64,000 bases of DNA from Lytechinus pictus. Taxonomy: Eukaryota. Below are positions 22,170 through 34,896 of the stretch, in pieces. The position numbers and the translations under genes are program-made. The notes below the pieces were generated by a model. That model was not told the origin of the DNA, did no database searches, and saw only the letters and a list, made by a program, of their open reading frames with translations. Each line of letters starts with the position of its first letter. Positions within the stretch are counted from its first letter, which is position 1. The stretch covers positions 42,596,001 to 42,660,000 of the forward strand of contig NC_087251.1 in assembly GCF_037042905.1 (NCBI RefSeq), read 5' to 3'.

Positions 22170-24200
22170 TCCGCACCTAGAAATTTTCTTTCCGGTGAAG
22201 TTTTTTTCTTGATTTGTGTTTCCTAGAATAAATTCAGCTTGGTTGCCCAAACGGCAACTTTGGGCAACTTTGCTAATTTGCATAAATCCAAAATGGCCAC
22301 CAAATATACAAATTAAAAACTGAACTTTTGAACCCCTTGCCACAGAGTGATGAAGAATACCACTTTTAAGGGCCTCTAAGGATTTGTAGTATCCATTTCT
22401 ATTATCATTTTTGCCATATAAGGTGATCTTCAGGCCAAATTTAGGATGGCCGCCAGACGCCATCTTGAAAAATTAAATTTAAACCGATTGCCTCAGCATG
22501 ATGAATAATATATCTTTTAAGGGTTTTCAGGTGTGCCGAATCCGTATTTGTTATCTATTTTGCAATATCAGGTCATCTTCGGATTAAATCCAAGATGGCC
22601 GCAAGGTCGATGCCATCTTGAGATATTAACTTTTGATCCCTTGCCCCAGAATAATGGGAAATACTTTTGGGAGAATTTTGTGGTGTGTAGAACCCATTTA
22701 TATTCTTAATTTTAGAACAAAGGATCATCTTCAGGTCTAATTCAAGATGGCCACCAGATATCATCTTGAAAACTTGAGCTTTTGAATAACTTATCCCTGA
22801 CTACTATATAATACATGTAATATCTTAAATTTTATAAGAGGGGTTTATGTGGTGTGTAGAAATTTTCTCGAACAAGTTCGAAAAGTTAACTTGATTCCCA
22901 CTCGTCATCAAGGTATTCAGGGACACCCACTTCCTCGTCTTCACTCAAAAACCTCTTCCTTGACATTGTCCATCTCGACACTTTCGATCATTTTCCCATG
23001 TTGGCACTCCCTTAGATCTGATCACATCCATCCAATGACGTTTGAGTCAATATACAGATGGTAGAAAGAAGAGCGTTCTTATCGACAAGTACAAAGACAC
23101 CACTGTCAATGATCATGAGAGAATGCGAGGGGCTGGTGAAGTTACGAGTTCTCCATCACTAAGAGAGATGTCATCATGAAGAACAAGAACAACAAACGGA
23201 GTCTGGCAAGCGTGTTGAGTACCTTCAGTCTAGGGATCATACGACAGTGGAGACACTTGACGATGGTATGATTGCTCATGAGATAGATGTCACCATGATC
23301 TTCCAAGTCTTGCAGACAGCTATGGTCAGACGGTGATTTGTGTGCTTAGCGATGAAGATTTTGTCCTGCTTCATATCAGGTGAGGCTTATAGTGCAAGGT
23401 ACAAATTGAGCAGTGGGATAGTATAGTGCTGGATATTAATGCAACCTGTGTTGACCTGGGACCAAAATGTTTGCAGTTGCTTGGTGTTCTTGTCCTCAGT
23501 GGATGCGACACGAAATCATCATCAAGAAGAGCGTTCTTATCGACAAGTACAAAGACACCACTGTCAATGATCATGAGAGAATGCGAGGGGCTGGTGAAGT
23601 TACGAGTTCTCCATCACTAAGAGAGATGTCATCATGAAGAACAAGAACAACAAACGGAGTCTGGCAAGCGTGTTGAGTACCTTCAGTCTAGGGATCATAC
23701 GACAGTGGAGACACTTGACGATGGTATGATTGCTCATGAGGTAGATGTCACCATGATCTTCCAAGTCTTGCAGACAGCTATGGTCAGACGGTGATTTGTG
23801 TGCTTAGCGATGACACAGACGATTTTGTCCTGCTTCATATCAGGTGAGGCTTATAGTGCAAGGTACAAATTGAGCAGTGGGATAGTATAGTGCTGGATAT
23901 TAATGCAACCTGTGTTGACCTGGGACCAAAATGTTTGCAGTTGCTTGGTGTTCTTGTCCTCAGTGGATGCGACACGAAATCATCCATACGGCAAAGGAAA
24001 GATAAGTGCACTAAACACACTACTTGTCGGGGATTTTCTATAGGTTTGGCTACTATTCTTGGAGAGGTATTGACCACTCCCATAGATCTGATGGAAGCAG
24101 CAAAACCCTTCTGTCTTGCTCTGTATGGTCATCAACCAGACGTGTCTAGAGCCTATGGAGTCAGCGTTCGTCGCCTTCAGCATGAACAGGAAGAAAAAGT
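22170..24200 (+). mobile_element. Degenerate Academ-like DNA transposon: subterminal repeats plus XPG/FEN-type nuclease remnant
   Basis: ~160-bp repeats carrying CAAGATGGC/GCCATCTTG (22260-22790); translated fragments HEVDVTMI, VICVLSDDTDDFVLL, LSGCDT, PYGKGKISAL. Confidence 0.65.
23066..23983. repeat. Near-identical 458-bp tandem duplication
   Basis: AAGAAGAGCGTTCTTATCGACAAG at 23066 and 23524; the copies differ by a few small changes. Confidence 0.92.
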
Positions 24201-24769
24201 AATGGCCCAGTATTAGTTTTAAAATTGTCACTATGCTACTCGGTGTCCAGCAAATATCACATTTGGTAGACACCGAGTTGCATAGTGACTATTATTAAAT
24301 TCCTTTGAAAGTAGAAATAAGAGGTATTAGCTACCTGACTATATTATCAAGTGTAGGTCAAACTACTTGCCGTAATTTGACTTGTAGGACCAAATGTAAA
24401 TATCCCGATGCTACACGGCGTTATACACTGTTTTGCTAAATAACTTAATGAAAAATTAAGCTAAATGACCCCCAAAGTCCCAGTAAAATATATGGTTTTA
24501 TAATACAAATGTAAAGCCTACAAACAATAAATGTATAGTATAATTAGTACTGAGTTATGCTGAAATGTCACGTTTTGTGCCCCAACTTCATGGAAAGACC
24601 CGTATATATACATGTATATCAAAATAATTTATGATCTATTTTCGGTATGTAGATAAAACATATATATGTTTCATTATATTGCATTATGCAATACTTTCAT
24701 TACGTTAAATTTTAATACTTTATTTCTCTTTGTGTCTATATTATATATTTTTCCCCTTCAATTATATGG

Positions 24770-26160
24770 AAAATGTATTATGCGATTATTGATGTATTAT
24801 TGGGCAGGGGTAAGAAGCATTTGATCCCATCAGAGATGTTCCATGAAGGCTCATATTTATTGTCTAGTAAGCATAAGGCTGAATGTTTTAACAAATATTT
24901 CATTGGATTGCCTGCGAAAATAAGTAGAGAAATACCGACAGTACCACAGTCTTTTCATGAGTATTTAAAGCCAAACATTGATAATACTTCTCTGTTTCTT
25001 AGACCAACTTCTGTCACTGAAATCATTAATTTTGTTTCATCACTTAAGTCATCAAAGTCAAGCGGTTCTGATGATATTGCCCCTAGGGTTGTTAAGGAAT
25101 GTATTCATTATTTTGTTGAACCATTATGTGTTATTTTTAATAATCCTTTGTCACATGGGATAGTCCCATCGAAGTTAAAGGTGGCTAAGGTTCTTCCTGT
25201 TTTCAAAAAGATGACATGGAGAATATTGTTAATTACAGACCTATAGCTCTTTTGCCAATATTTTCTAAGCTCTTGGGGAAGATTGTTTACAAGCGATTGA
25301 ACGGGTTTTTGTTGGCAAGAAACATTCTGATCCCTCAGCAACATGGTTTCCGAAAACACTTCTCTACTAGCATGGGTGTTTTCAATTTATTAAAGACTAT
25401 TATAAAATCATTTGATGATGGTAATTTTTGCCTTGGAATTTTCCTTGATTTGTCCAAGGCATTTGACACGATTGACCATGTCATCCTTTTAAGTAAACTT
25501 GGTCACTATGGAGTACGCGGAGTAGCACTGGCTTGGTTCCAAAGCTATTTACAAGATCGTACACAATATGTCATGGTTGATGGTGTTAAATCGCAATCTG
25601 GTAATATTCACTATGGTGTGCCCAGGGTTCGGTACTTGGTCCTTTGTTATTTTTAATCTATGTCAATGATATCATTAACTCATCAAATGTGTTTTTGTAT
25701 TCTCTGTTTGATGATGACACAAGTTTACTATTGTCTAATAGAAACGTTGCTACTCTTATTTCAGTTGCAAATGTAGAAATTAAAAAGTTACTTGCATGGT
25801 TCTGTTGTAATAAACTTTTGCTAAATGTTAAGAAAACTAAATGTATTATTTTTCGATCACGAGGCAAAATTATTCCAGACGATGTCAATATTCTTGATGT
25901 TGGGGGCCACAATGTTGCTCGTAGTGAGCATATTCAATTTCTAGAAGTAATTATTGATGAGCATTTGACTTGGAAACCCCATTTAGAATCAGTGTGTACA
26001 AAGGTTTCTCGAGGTGTAGGTGTTATATGTAGGTTAAGGTGTGTTTTACCTGGGTCTATTCTAAGAATCTTATACACCAGCATTATGCTTCCCTATCTGA
26101 CTTACTGCAATGTTGCATGGGGTAATACTTTTATGACTTACATTGACAATATATTTATAT
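24770..26160 (+). mobile_element. Degenerate CR1/L2-group LINE RT fragment
   Basis: NYRPIALLP, FLDLSKAFDT, LFDDDT across three frameshifted ORFs. Confidence 0.9.
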
Positions 26161-28736
26161 AAACTTTATTTTAAAAATCCTTCAAATTATCGGATAAAGG
26201 TATACAAAAAATGCGGAATCTTCTAACCAATAAAATTAAATCTCGTAAAATTGAATATTACAAAGATCAGTTTGACTGTGCCAAAGGCAATATGAAGAAA
26301 ACATGGAATGTGATCAATAGAGCTATGGGTAAAGAACATAAAGGCGTTTATATACGCAAAGTTATTGTTGACGGAGATTATTCAAAATATCAGGGAAAAA
26401 GTTTAAATCTGTAACTTCAGAAGTTACATATTCATACTTGTTCCCTGACATTTTGAATAACTATTTTGTAAATATTGGATTCAAGTTAAATAATAGTTTT
26501 ACAAACTCATCTAGTCAAGATGTCACCACTCATATTAAGGGTAATGACAAGTCAATGAATTGTAATCCAATAACCATAGGAGAAATTATTGAATTTGTAA
26601 AAAAAAAAAAAAAACAAGTCAAATGTGGGCCATGATGGTATTGATATGAGAGTGGTAAAAAAAATATTTATTTTTTTGTGTCAACCTTTATGTGCAATAT
26701 TTAATGCTTGCCTTGAGTCAGGGATTTTTCCGACATAAATGAAATTGGTCGGGTTATTCCCATTTTTAAAGGTGGTTGTCGTGAAATACTTACAAACTAT
26801 CGCCCAATTTATATCTTACCTGTCTTTTCAAAGATTTTTGAGAAATGTATATATGTTAGATTACTGAATTTTATCAATGAGTGCAATATTATTAGTCCGA
26901 ACCAACATGGATTTCGGGTGGATATTCCACATCTTCAGCATTACTTGATTTTATTCAAAGTATTACTAGAGTTATTGAAATAAAAGGTGTATCAATTGGC
27001 TTATTTTTGGATTTACAGAAAGCGTTTAACACACTTGATCACAGAATACTCATGAAAAAATTATTCAAACATGGAATAAGGGGAAACATTTGGAATCTTT
27101 TAAACAATTATTTAAGTCATAGACAACAATTTGTAACTTTAAATAGTCAACAATCAAACTATAAGGACTTAAGGTGTGGAGTACCCCAAGGTTCTATCCT
27201 CGGGCCCCTTTTATTTACTTTGTATATAAATGATAAGTGCAATGTATCTTCGAAATTGAAATATATTTTATTTGCCGACGATACAAATATTTTTATGTCA
27301 CATGATAATATTGATGTTCTGCAAATGCAATTTGATAATGAATTTAAAAAGGTTACGTTTTGGTTGACCATCAACAAATTATCTATAAATATTTCTAAAA
27401 CACAGTATATGGTTTTTACAAATGAAAAAAATATACATTGACAATCTGCAGGTGCAATTAGCAAATTTTAGTGTAGCAAAGGCATCGCAAGTCAAATTTG
27501 TTGGTATTATAATTGATCATAAATTGATATGGGTTCCTCATATTGATTTGATTTGTAATAGAATTTCCCAAATCATAAGCATTTTGCACAGATTACGCAA
27601 TTTTCCAATTACTGTTTTTTACGAAATATTTATCACGCACTTGTTGCACCTTTTTTTAAGTTACAGTATTCTTGCCTGGGGTAATGCTTCTTTTCACACC
27701 TGGATAGAATTTCTAAACTTCAAAAACGTGCAATAAGAATTGTTAATCATTCGTCTTTTTATGCTCATACAGAACCAATTTTTAAGTCTCAGAGGATTTT
27801 GAAATGTTAGGACTTTTACAATTATGAGACTGCAATTTTCATGTACGGTACAAGTGTTATAAATATCTTTTGCCTAAGTCAATATGTAATTATTTTGTTT
27901 TAAATCGTAATGTACATATTTATACAACCGGTTAAACTTCGTAATTCTTTATTCCGGAAGTTTGTAATTCCGAAACACGCAAATTGCCTATACCTCGATG
28001 TTCGTTAATCCGAAAACGTAAAAGGGTTCATTAATCCGAACATTTGTGGCGTTATTCCGAAGGTTCGATAATCCGATAACGAATTAAGGTTCGATGTTCC
28101 GAAGGTTTGTTAGTCCGAAAATGAAATAAGGTTAGTTAATCATTTAGTTTTCGGACTAACGAACCTTCGGAATTACGAACCTCACTTCGTTTTCGGACTA
28201 ACGAACCTTCGGAAATACGAACCTTCGGAATAACGAAGCTTCGGAATATCCGAACCTCCGAAATAACGAAGTTTCGGAATTACGAATGTATGCGTATACA
28301 ACCAGGGGCAATAATGATTTTCATATACCTAAAGTAAGAACAAAATTACTTCAAAACTCTTTTTTTTTTTTTATAGGGAACCATTAATTTGGAATACTTT
28401 ATCAAAGGATCTTAAGGATAGTTGCTCTCTTAATGTTTTTAGGAGAAATTGTAAATATAAAATCATCACAACTTATTCATTTTTTACGAAATTATTATTC
28501 TGATTGTTTGTTTGGGTTAGTTAGGTAATTCTTTCCCCTTTTCTACTTTAATTGTTCAAATAATGTATTATTTTATTTGGGTCGGCCGTACATAAGGTTA
28601 ACTTCTTTTTGGCTTCTACCCTTTCAATATAATACTTCATTTATGTCCATGTCTGATTTATTTCATGTTTGTACTATTTGTATTGTTATTATACTGAGAA
28701 AAATAAATTGAATTGAATTGAGTTGAATTGAATTGA
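26161..28736 (+). mobile_element. Degenerate CR1/L2-group LINE with 3' UTR and (AATTG)n tail
   Basis: KTWNVIN, GVPQGSILGP, LFADDTN fragments; AATAAA followed by (AATTG)n at ~28700-28736. Confidence 0.9.
27929..28294. mobile_element. Foldback-like MITE built from short repeats, 8-9-bp TSD
   Basis: TATACAAC(C) at 27921 and 28295; internal TTCGGAATTACGAACC repeats in opposite orientation in the two halves. Confidence 0.88.
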
Positions 28737-29120
28737 CAAACTAAAAGTTTTACAACAGAAAATCATAAGGCTCATCACCAATTCGACTTTCAGACACCCT
28801 AGTAAACCTTTATCCCTTCAGCAAAAATTGTTCCCTTTTGACGTGTTAGTTGCATTTAATTGTCTGATTTTGATGTTTGATCTTCATTTTTGCCCCCAAA
28901 TTTGCCAACTAATAGACTTATTTCCCCTTAACTCTCAGATACACATTCACAATACACGTCAACATAACTTTATCCACCGACCTTATGTAAGAACTAATGT
29001 ATCCTTAAATTCTTTCATAACAACCTGTATCAAGGAGTGGAACAGGTTACCTTCAGATATTAGGAACTGTACAACTCTTTCCTTCACGATTTGGTAAACA
29101 TATTTACTAAGCCATTTTCA
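28737..29120 (+). mobile_element. LINE ORF2 C-terminal fragment
   Basis: KLKVLQQKIIRLI, HIHNTRQ, KEWNRLPSDIR. Confidence 0.75.
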
Positions 29121-29636
29121 ATGAAATTTACCTGAGAATTGATACAAAAATGTGTTTATCAAACAATCATAATGTAAATTATTAAAAAGGTGTTTTGAAA
29201 TGGATTTTAATGTTACCCTTGTAGGATTATGACGTCATTGGCATCTGGATTCATTCATTGCAGTCTTGCGTTACTTTGGCGCAAGTAAAAATTTACATCA
29301 CTGTAAAGAATACCTCTTGGTCATCCACGCGTGCAGATATACCTCATGAATATAATATCAAATTATTTGGGAAAAGATACTCTTATCAGCCGTATATAAT
29401 GATTATGCGTTAATGACATATTTTTCCTTAAATTTGGGACTTGTGAGGTGTCAATGTTTTTTTTACGCATAATGTATATTAAATTAATTTCTGATCTATG
29501 TTCGATAAGTAGATAAAACCTATGTTTCATTATATTACATTATATTATATTACATATTATATTACATTATGTTATACTTTCATTATTTTAAATGTCAATA
29601 CTTTATTTATCTTTGTATATATTACGTATAGATTAT

Positions 29637-29849
29637 CAGGGGCGGATCCAGGATTTTGCAAAGGGGGGGGGCACATTTTCCCGAGGAATATTTGCCAAGA
29701 AAAAAAAAGGGTTTTCAACCTAAAATAATGACATTTCGAAAAAAAAAATGTCTTCTGTTTTAACAGCATTTTTACATTACAAATTTCATTTGTGCCTCTA
29801 AAAAGGGGGAACACGAGCCGGCTTTGACCCCCCCCCCTGGATCCGCCAG
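29637..29849. mobile_element. CAGGGGCGGATCC-type MITE
   Basis: CAGGGGCGGATCCAGG...CCTGGATCCGCCAG; TSD not clear. Confidence 0.75.
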
Positions 29850-30093
29850 TTATAAAGCAGAATGGTAATATTTGTTCATAAATTTAATGAAGATGGAGAT
29901 GATAAGGATGAAGATGGTGGTGACAATGATGAAGATGAATGCCATAGAGATAGTGATGGTGATGATGTTCATGGTGGAGTATTTGGTGATGATTCAATCA
30001 AAGGAAGAGTGATTTAATGATTAACTGAAATTCTGACACAGAAAATTTACTTCAAATATTCTGATGATAACATGGATTTAACGTTTGCCTTGA

Positions 30094-30692
30094 AGGGAGT
30101 GTCCGGGCTAAAAATATTTATATCTTAATAAAACGAGTAAAATTCAAAGAGCAAATTGCTGAAAATTTCATCAAAATCGGATAACAAATAAAGAAGTTAT
30201 TGAATTCTAAAGTTTATAAATATTCTGTGAAAACAGTTATATGCATATCGTCATTAATATTCATTTGGTGGGCTGATGTCACATCCCCACTTTCTTTTTT
30301 TATGTTATTACATGAAATCATAAATGTTTCACTTTTCATACATGTGTAAATGATGTGTCACTGTTATGATGAAATAAGTTGTGGCAATAAATAACTAATG
30401 CACTTAATCAGTTGTCAATCCAATTGTTTTAGTTCTTGGTTCACAAATTTTTAATACACCTAATTTCATAGAAATTAGAAAAGAACAAGTGGGGATATGA
30501 CATTATCAGCCTACCTAATGAATATTGATAAAGACATGCCTAGAAAATAATGTTTCACCGGAATAATGTAAATCTTTAAAATTCAATAACTTTGTTATTT
30601 ATTATCCGATTTTCTCCAAATTTTCAGCAGTTTGCTTTGTGAATTTTACTATATTTATTGAGATAGTAATATCTCCAGCCTGGACCATCCCT
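30094..30692. mobile_element. Kolobok-like MITE
   Basis: TTGA|AGGGAGTGTCCGGGCT...AGCCTGGACCATCCCT|TTAA with long imperfect TIRs. Confidence 0.8.
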
Positions 30693-30959
30693 TTAAATTA
30701 ATAAAGAGAAAACCATCATTATAGACTCCGGTAGAGAGGTAAAAAAATCGGGACCGTGGTGTCTTATGGATTTATGTGCAATAAGCAATTTGGGATCGAT
30801 TGAATGAAAATTTGAAGAGTTACGTGTAGGGTGAAGAAGCATGTTATTTACCTGAACATCAGCAGTAAGCTTTGAAGGGAATTTTATGCCAAATACTGTT
30901 AGAGTTTAGTGTCTTTAGTTTCGTATGGAAAAATTGGTTTTGTAAGTGATAGATATTGC

Positions 30960-32270
30960 GAATTAGTACAAATTCTAATGGTTTTTCCCCTTAATAAGTA
31001 TGTTGTATTAATTTTAGTTTTTGCACAGGTTGCCCAAACTACATTGCACTATGATATATAAGGTAATGTTAATAAATTGTACAGCGTGACGAGGGTAGTA
31101 TTATGTGGAATAATGTTTTTCATTTTGTAAAGTACACCGACGTTTCTTGAAATACTACATTTCGAAGTTATACAACGTATGTGTTCGTTCCAATTTAGAT
31201 TGTATCTTTTTTTCTTTTTAAAGGTATATTGTCTGTGCTTATATTGTAAGGAAATTCAGTAATATGTGAATTTGTATGTTCAACATACATAAAGTTTGTT
31301 TTATATATATTAAGTGAAAGCTTATTACACTTAAACCACAAAGACAGTTTTGGCAATTCACGATTAATTGTACATACTAAAGTTTATAAGCTATTATGTG
31401 AACAAATTATGTTTCTGTCATCAGCAAATAATGCAAATGATAACTAAGGCTTTACAGTAGTCAATCATTAATATATATTCAAAAAAGCAAGGGGCCCAAG
31501 ATTGATCCTTGTGGAACTCCGTATTTTTTTGATTGTTTTTTCTTAGGTCCATGAATACTAAAATAATGTTCTTTACAAGCCATTGCATTTGTAATTTTAT
31601 CATATTGACATGATATATGTATTAAAGCCTGGTCCGTTGAATGTCCATTCCTGAATCTATATTGGTTTTCATTCAGAAAATGTAATTTTTAGGGAATCAG
31701 GACATTTGCCGATGGTGATCGATATATTACTCAAAGGAGTAAACATCTTTTTAAAAAAAGGAGAGGCAATACTATAATGTGTTTAACAAAAAAGTGATTA
31801 TTCTATCATGCCCTTGAGATTTGCTTGATTTGAGATGTTTTGTTATTTCAATTATTTCCTGAACATTTCTTGGTTTAAAGAATAACAGAGAATTAGTGGG
31901 TGTGGGAAGAAATTTTGCAAAATTTTGATTTGGTCTATAAAGTTGATTTGCCAACATTCACGATTTCGCCTAATAAAATTGTAGTTTTGCAAATTGAATA
32001 TGTAAGGTGAAGTATTGTGAAGCCATGTTTCTGTGACACCAATAATGGAAAATCTGAAATTACTTAGAGTAAGAAGTAATGATTGATTCCAGTGATTCAA
32101 TTTTTTGGGGGGTTAAAACTTCAAACATTTATGAGTAGCAAACTGAAATTGTTTCCATGTCTTTAAATTTAGAAGTAAATTCTTCAGTTGAGTAGTACTA
32201 TAAAATGATGTACTGGGTAATGTTTACATTGAAAATATAAAAAATATCCATGTCACGATTAAAGAGGAAC
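30960..32270 (-). mobile_element. Heavily deleted LINE remnant (APE and RT fragments)
   Basis: FSIIGVTETWL, LKSSKSQGHD, and GVPQG-/FADD-like nucleotide remnants on the minus strand. Confidence 0.75.
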
Positions 32271-32409
32271 ATTTTATATTACCCCCAAAATGAGATTATA
32301 AGTATTATTGATTTGCATGTAAATTTTCTCCATCAGATTTGTATGATGTTGGTGGTAAAGGTGATGAGATGATTTCTTTTTTAAATAAAGTATTAATGTA
32401 GAGTAGATA

Positions 32410-32443
32410 ATGCTGTTGGAGGTGATGATGATGCTGATGATGG

Positions 32444-32478
<35 letters not shown>

Positions 32479-32568
32479 GTGATGCTGCTGCTGCTGCTTA
32501 TGATGATGATGCTGATGGTGACGATGATGATGCTGCTGCTGCTGATGATGATGACGATGATGATGATG
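32410..32568. repeat. (GAT)n/(GCT)n microsatellite
   Basis: Direct reading. Confidence 0.95.
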
Positions 32569-32827
32569 AAACTGGTTTTGGTCATTGGAGGATTGGAATT
32601 CTACAACCAAATATAGGTAATGAATTTTCATAACAGAAATTCAATGAACACTCAAATTTATGAGTATCTCCGCCCTGTTTATGTATAACTAAATGAACCC
32701 TTTAATCACAGGCTTAATAGTGCCACAATACCAAACATCGATCAAAATATAGACTAAATAAATCTATACAGTAATTTGCTTGGTCATCGTTATCACGATC
32801 CGTCTTAAGAAGTAAAAATCAATGCTA

Positions 32828-33030
32828 TATTATTACCCCGGTTTAGCTCGAGCTACCATCACCGGCAGTCAATGCATGCAATGGTAGCCCATTCACCATG
32901 TTCACCTCACCTGGGTCGAGTGCAGCACAGTGTGGATAAATTTCTTGCTGAAGGAAAACACGCCATGGCTGTATGATTCCAACCCACGACCCTCTGTTTG
33001 AAGGACGAGAGTCAGAGCCACTAGACCAGC
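32828..33030 (-). mobile_element. tRNA-derived SINE, partial
   Basis: Minus strand GGTCTAGTGG (A box)...GGGTTGGAATC (B box); body shared with the copy at 51010-51230. Confidence 0.75.
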
Positions 33031-33342
33031 CCCCCCCTAATAATAGTCACGCGTTTTTCCAAATTTGGTACATGTAATGTCGTCTGGTAAATAAAACGTA
33101 TTGGGACGGTTTGCGAAAAGGCCAAAGGGTGACAATCATTACATAATGGCTTGTACAATGTGCCATGTTGCACGTACTCATGTAATAATGATTGCACTCA
33201 CATAATGACACAGTTGCACTAATCGGCAGAAGTAATTTGTCAATGACAATGGATGCTATAGAATTCAACACGTTTAACATACTTGGTTTCAATGAAAATT
33301 TATGAAGGCTATGGTTGTCGTATCCGTGAGAATTGTTTTTAA

Positions 33343-34100
33343 AGGCCCCCTCACACCTAACCGAATTGCCTGAAGTATGCCTCGCGATGGCTGGCGAAAG
33401 GCATTTTTTATTATCGTTTTCAATGGTAACTGAGATATTTACCCTTCGTGTTTGGGTTCGTACATCTTCTGTACTAACAGCTGCAATTATTCAAATTCGC
33501 GCGGAAATTTTGAACGTTTTAAAATTTCCCGACGAATCGAAATATCGTTGGTCTTCTGTATGAATTCGCATATCTTAATTAGACTGCGGTAATCGTTCGT
33601 TTATCGTTCGTGTGTTATTGTCGCGCATAGTCCCTCTTCGCGCTTTTGCCAATTTGAAAGTGGACCGATCTTGAAAGAACCCTTAACGAAGCAACACGAT
33701 GATACAACTTACAAGAACGCCCGATATATTCCCTCGATCGTCTTCGTTTCTAATTGCAAGCAGAGGTGAACCGAAAAATCGATATCCTTCGCATGTCATA
33801 TTTATCCTTCGCTTACCGTTCGTTAATAAAATTTGACAATAGTTGCTGATCGCATGATTTGATGGAAATTTTATTTGAATTCGTTGAATTCGCGTGCATT
33901 TCGTTCATTTTTCCCATTCGTCACCCTTCGTCCGTCTACATTCGGTCAGGTGTGAGGCAGAGGCCGCAGAACGGTTTTCAAAGTGGGAGGGGGGCTGACC
34001 ATGCAAAAAATCACAATCCTATGGTAATTTTTACGTTTTTGTACACGGTTTTGGAAAAAAGTGGGGGGGGGGCCGCTTCCACGGCCCCTGTGAGGCGGCT
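33343..34100. mobile_element. Harbinger-like MITE with a second MITE inserted in its right TIR
   Basis: GGCCCCCTCACACCTAACCGAAT...ATTCGGTCAGGTGTGAGG[insert]CGGCT, flanked by TTAA/TAA. Confidence 0.8.
33958..34090. mobile_element. CAG...CTG mini-MITE with 5-bp TSD
   Basis: CAGAGGCCGCAGAA...TTCCACGGCCCCTG flanked by TGAGG on both sides. Confidence 0.85.
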
Positions 34101-34177
34101 TTAAATTCGAATGTCTTGATGCCCTGTCTAGTGAAGCGGGTAATGTATGGAAAGCGTGAGCATGATAAGGAGTTTAA

Positions 34178-34896
34178 AAGGATGGTCCAGGCTGGAGATA
34201 TTTATATTTCAATAAATAGAGTAAAATTCACAAAGCAAAACGTTGAAAATTTGATCAAAATCGGAAAACAAATAACGAAGTTATTGAATTTTAAAGATTT
34301 GCATTATTCCGGTCAAACGGTTCTAGGTATGTCTTCATGAATATTCACTATAGGTGGGCTGATGATGTCATATCCCAACTTGTTCTTTTGTATTCTATTT
34401 TATCTACCAAGAACTAAAACAATTGGATTGACAACTGATTGTTTCATCATAATGGAGACACATCATTTACACATGTATAAAAAAAAATGAAACAGTTATG
34501 ATTTCATAACATAGGAAAAGGGAAAGTGGGGATGTGACATCATCAGCCCACCTAATGAATATTCATAACGATGTGCAGCCACAAATATTGAAAGATCCAT
34601 ATTAAGTTTCAAATGTATATAATTTAGATGAATATATATATATATACATTGTGTTACATGTTTCTTTATTACATTTCAATTGTTATAACTGTATTTATGA
34701 TGGATTTTGTCTACTGTTTTATTGGAAATGAGAAAAAATAAAACTGAAACTGAACTGTTTTCACAAAAAATATTAATAAACTTAAAAATTCAATAACTTT
34801 ATTTGTTATCCGATTTTGATGAAATTTTCAGCATTTTGCTTTGTGAATTTTACTTTATTTATCTAGATATAAATATTTTCAGCCCGGATCATCTCT
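34178..34896. mobile_element. Kolobok-like MITE carrying a LINE 3'-tail insertion
   Basis: TTAA flanks; inverted relative to 30094-30692; extra segment ~34580-34755 ending AATAAAACTGAAACTGAACTG. Confidence 0.8.

Noticed and set aside
32274..32631. Poly-His, poly-Ile and poly-Met ORFs
   Set aside because: These are translations of a (GAT)n microsatellite.
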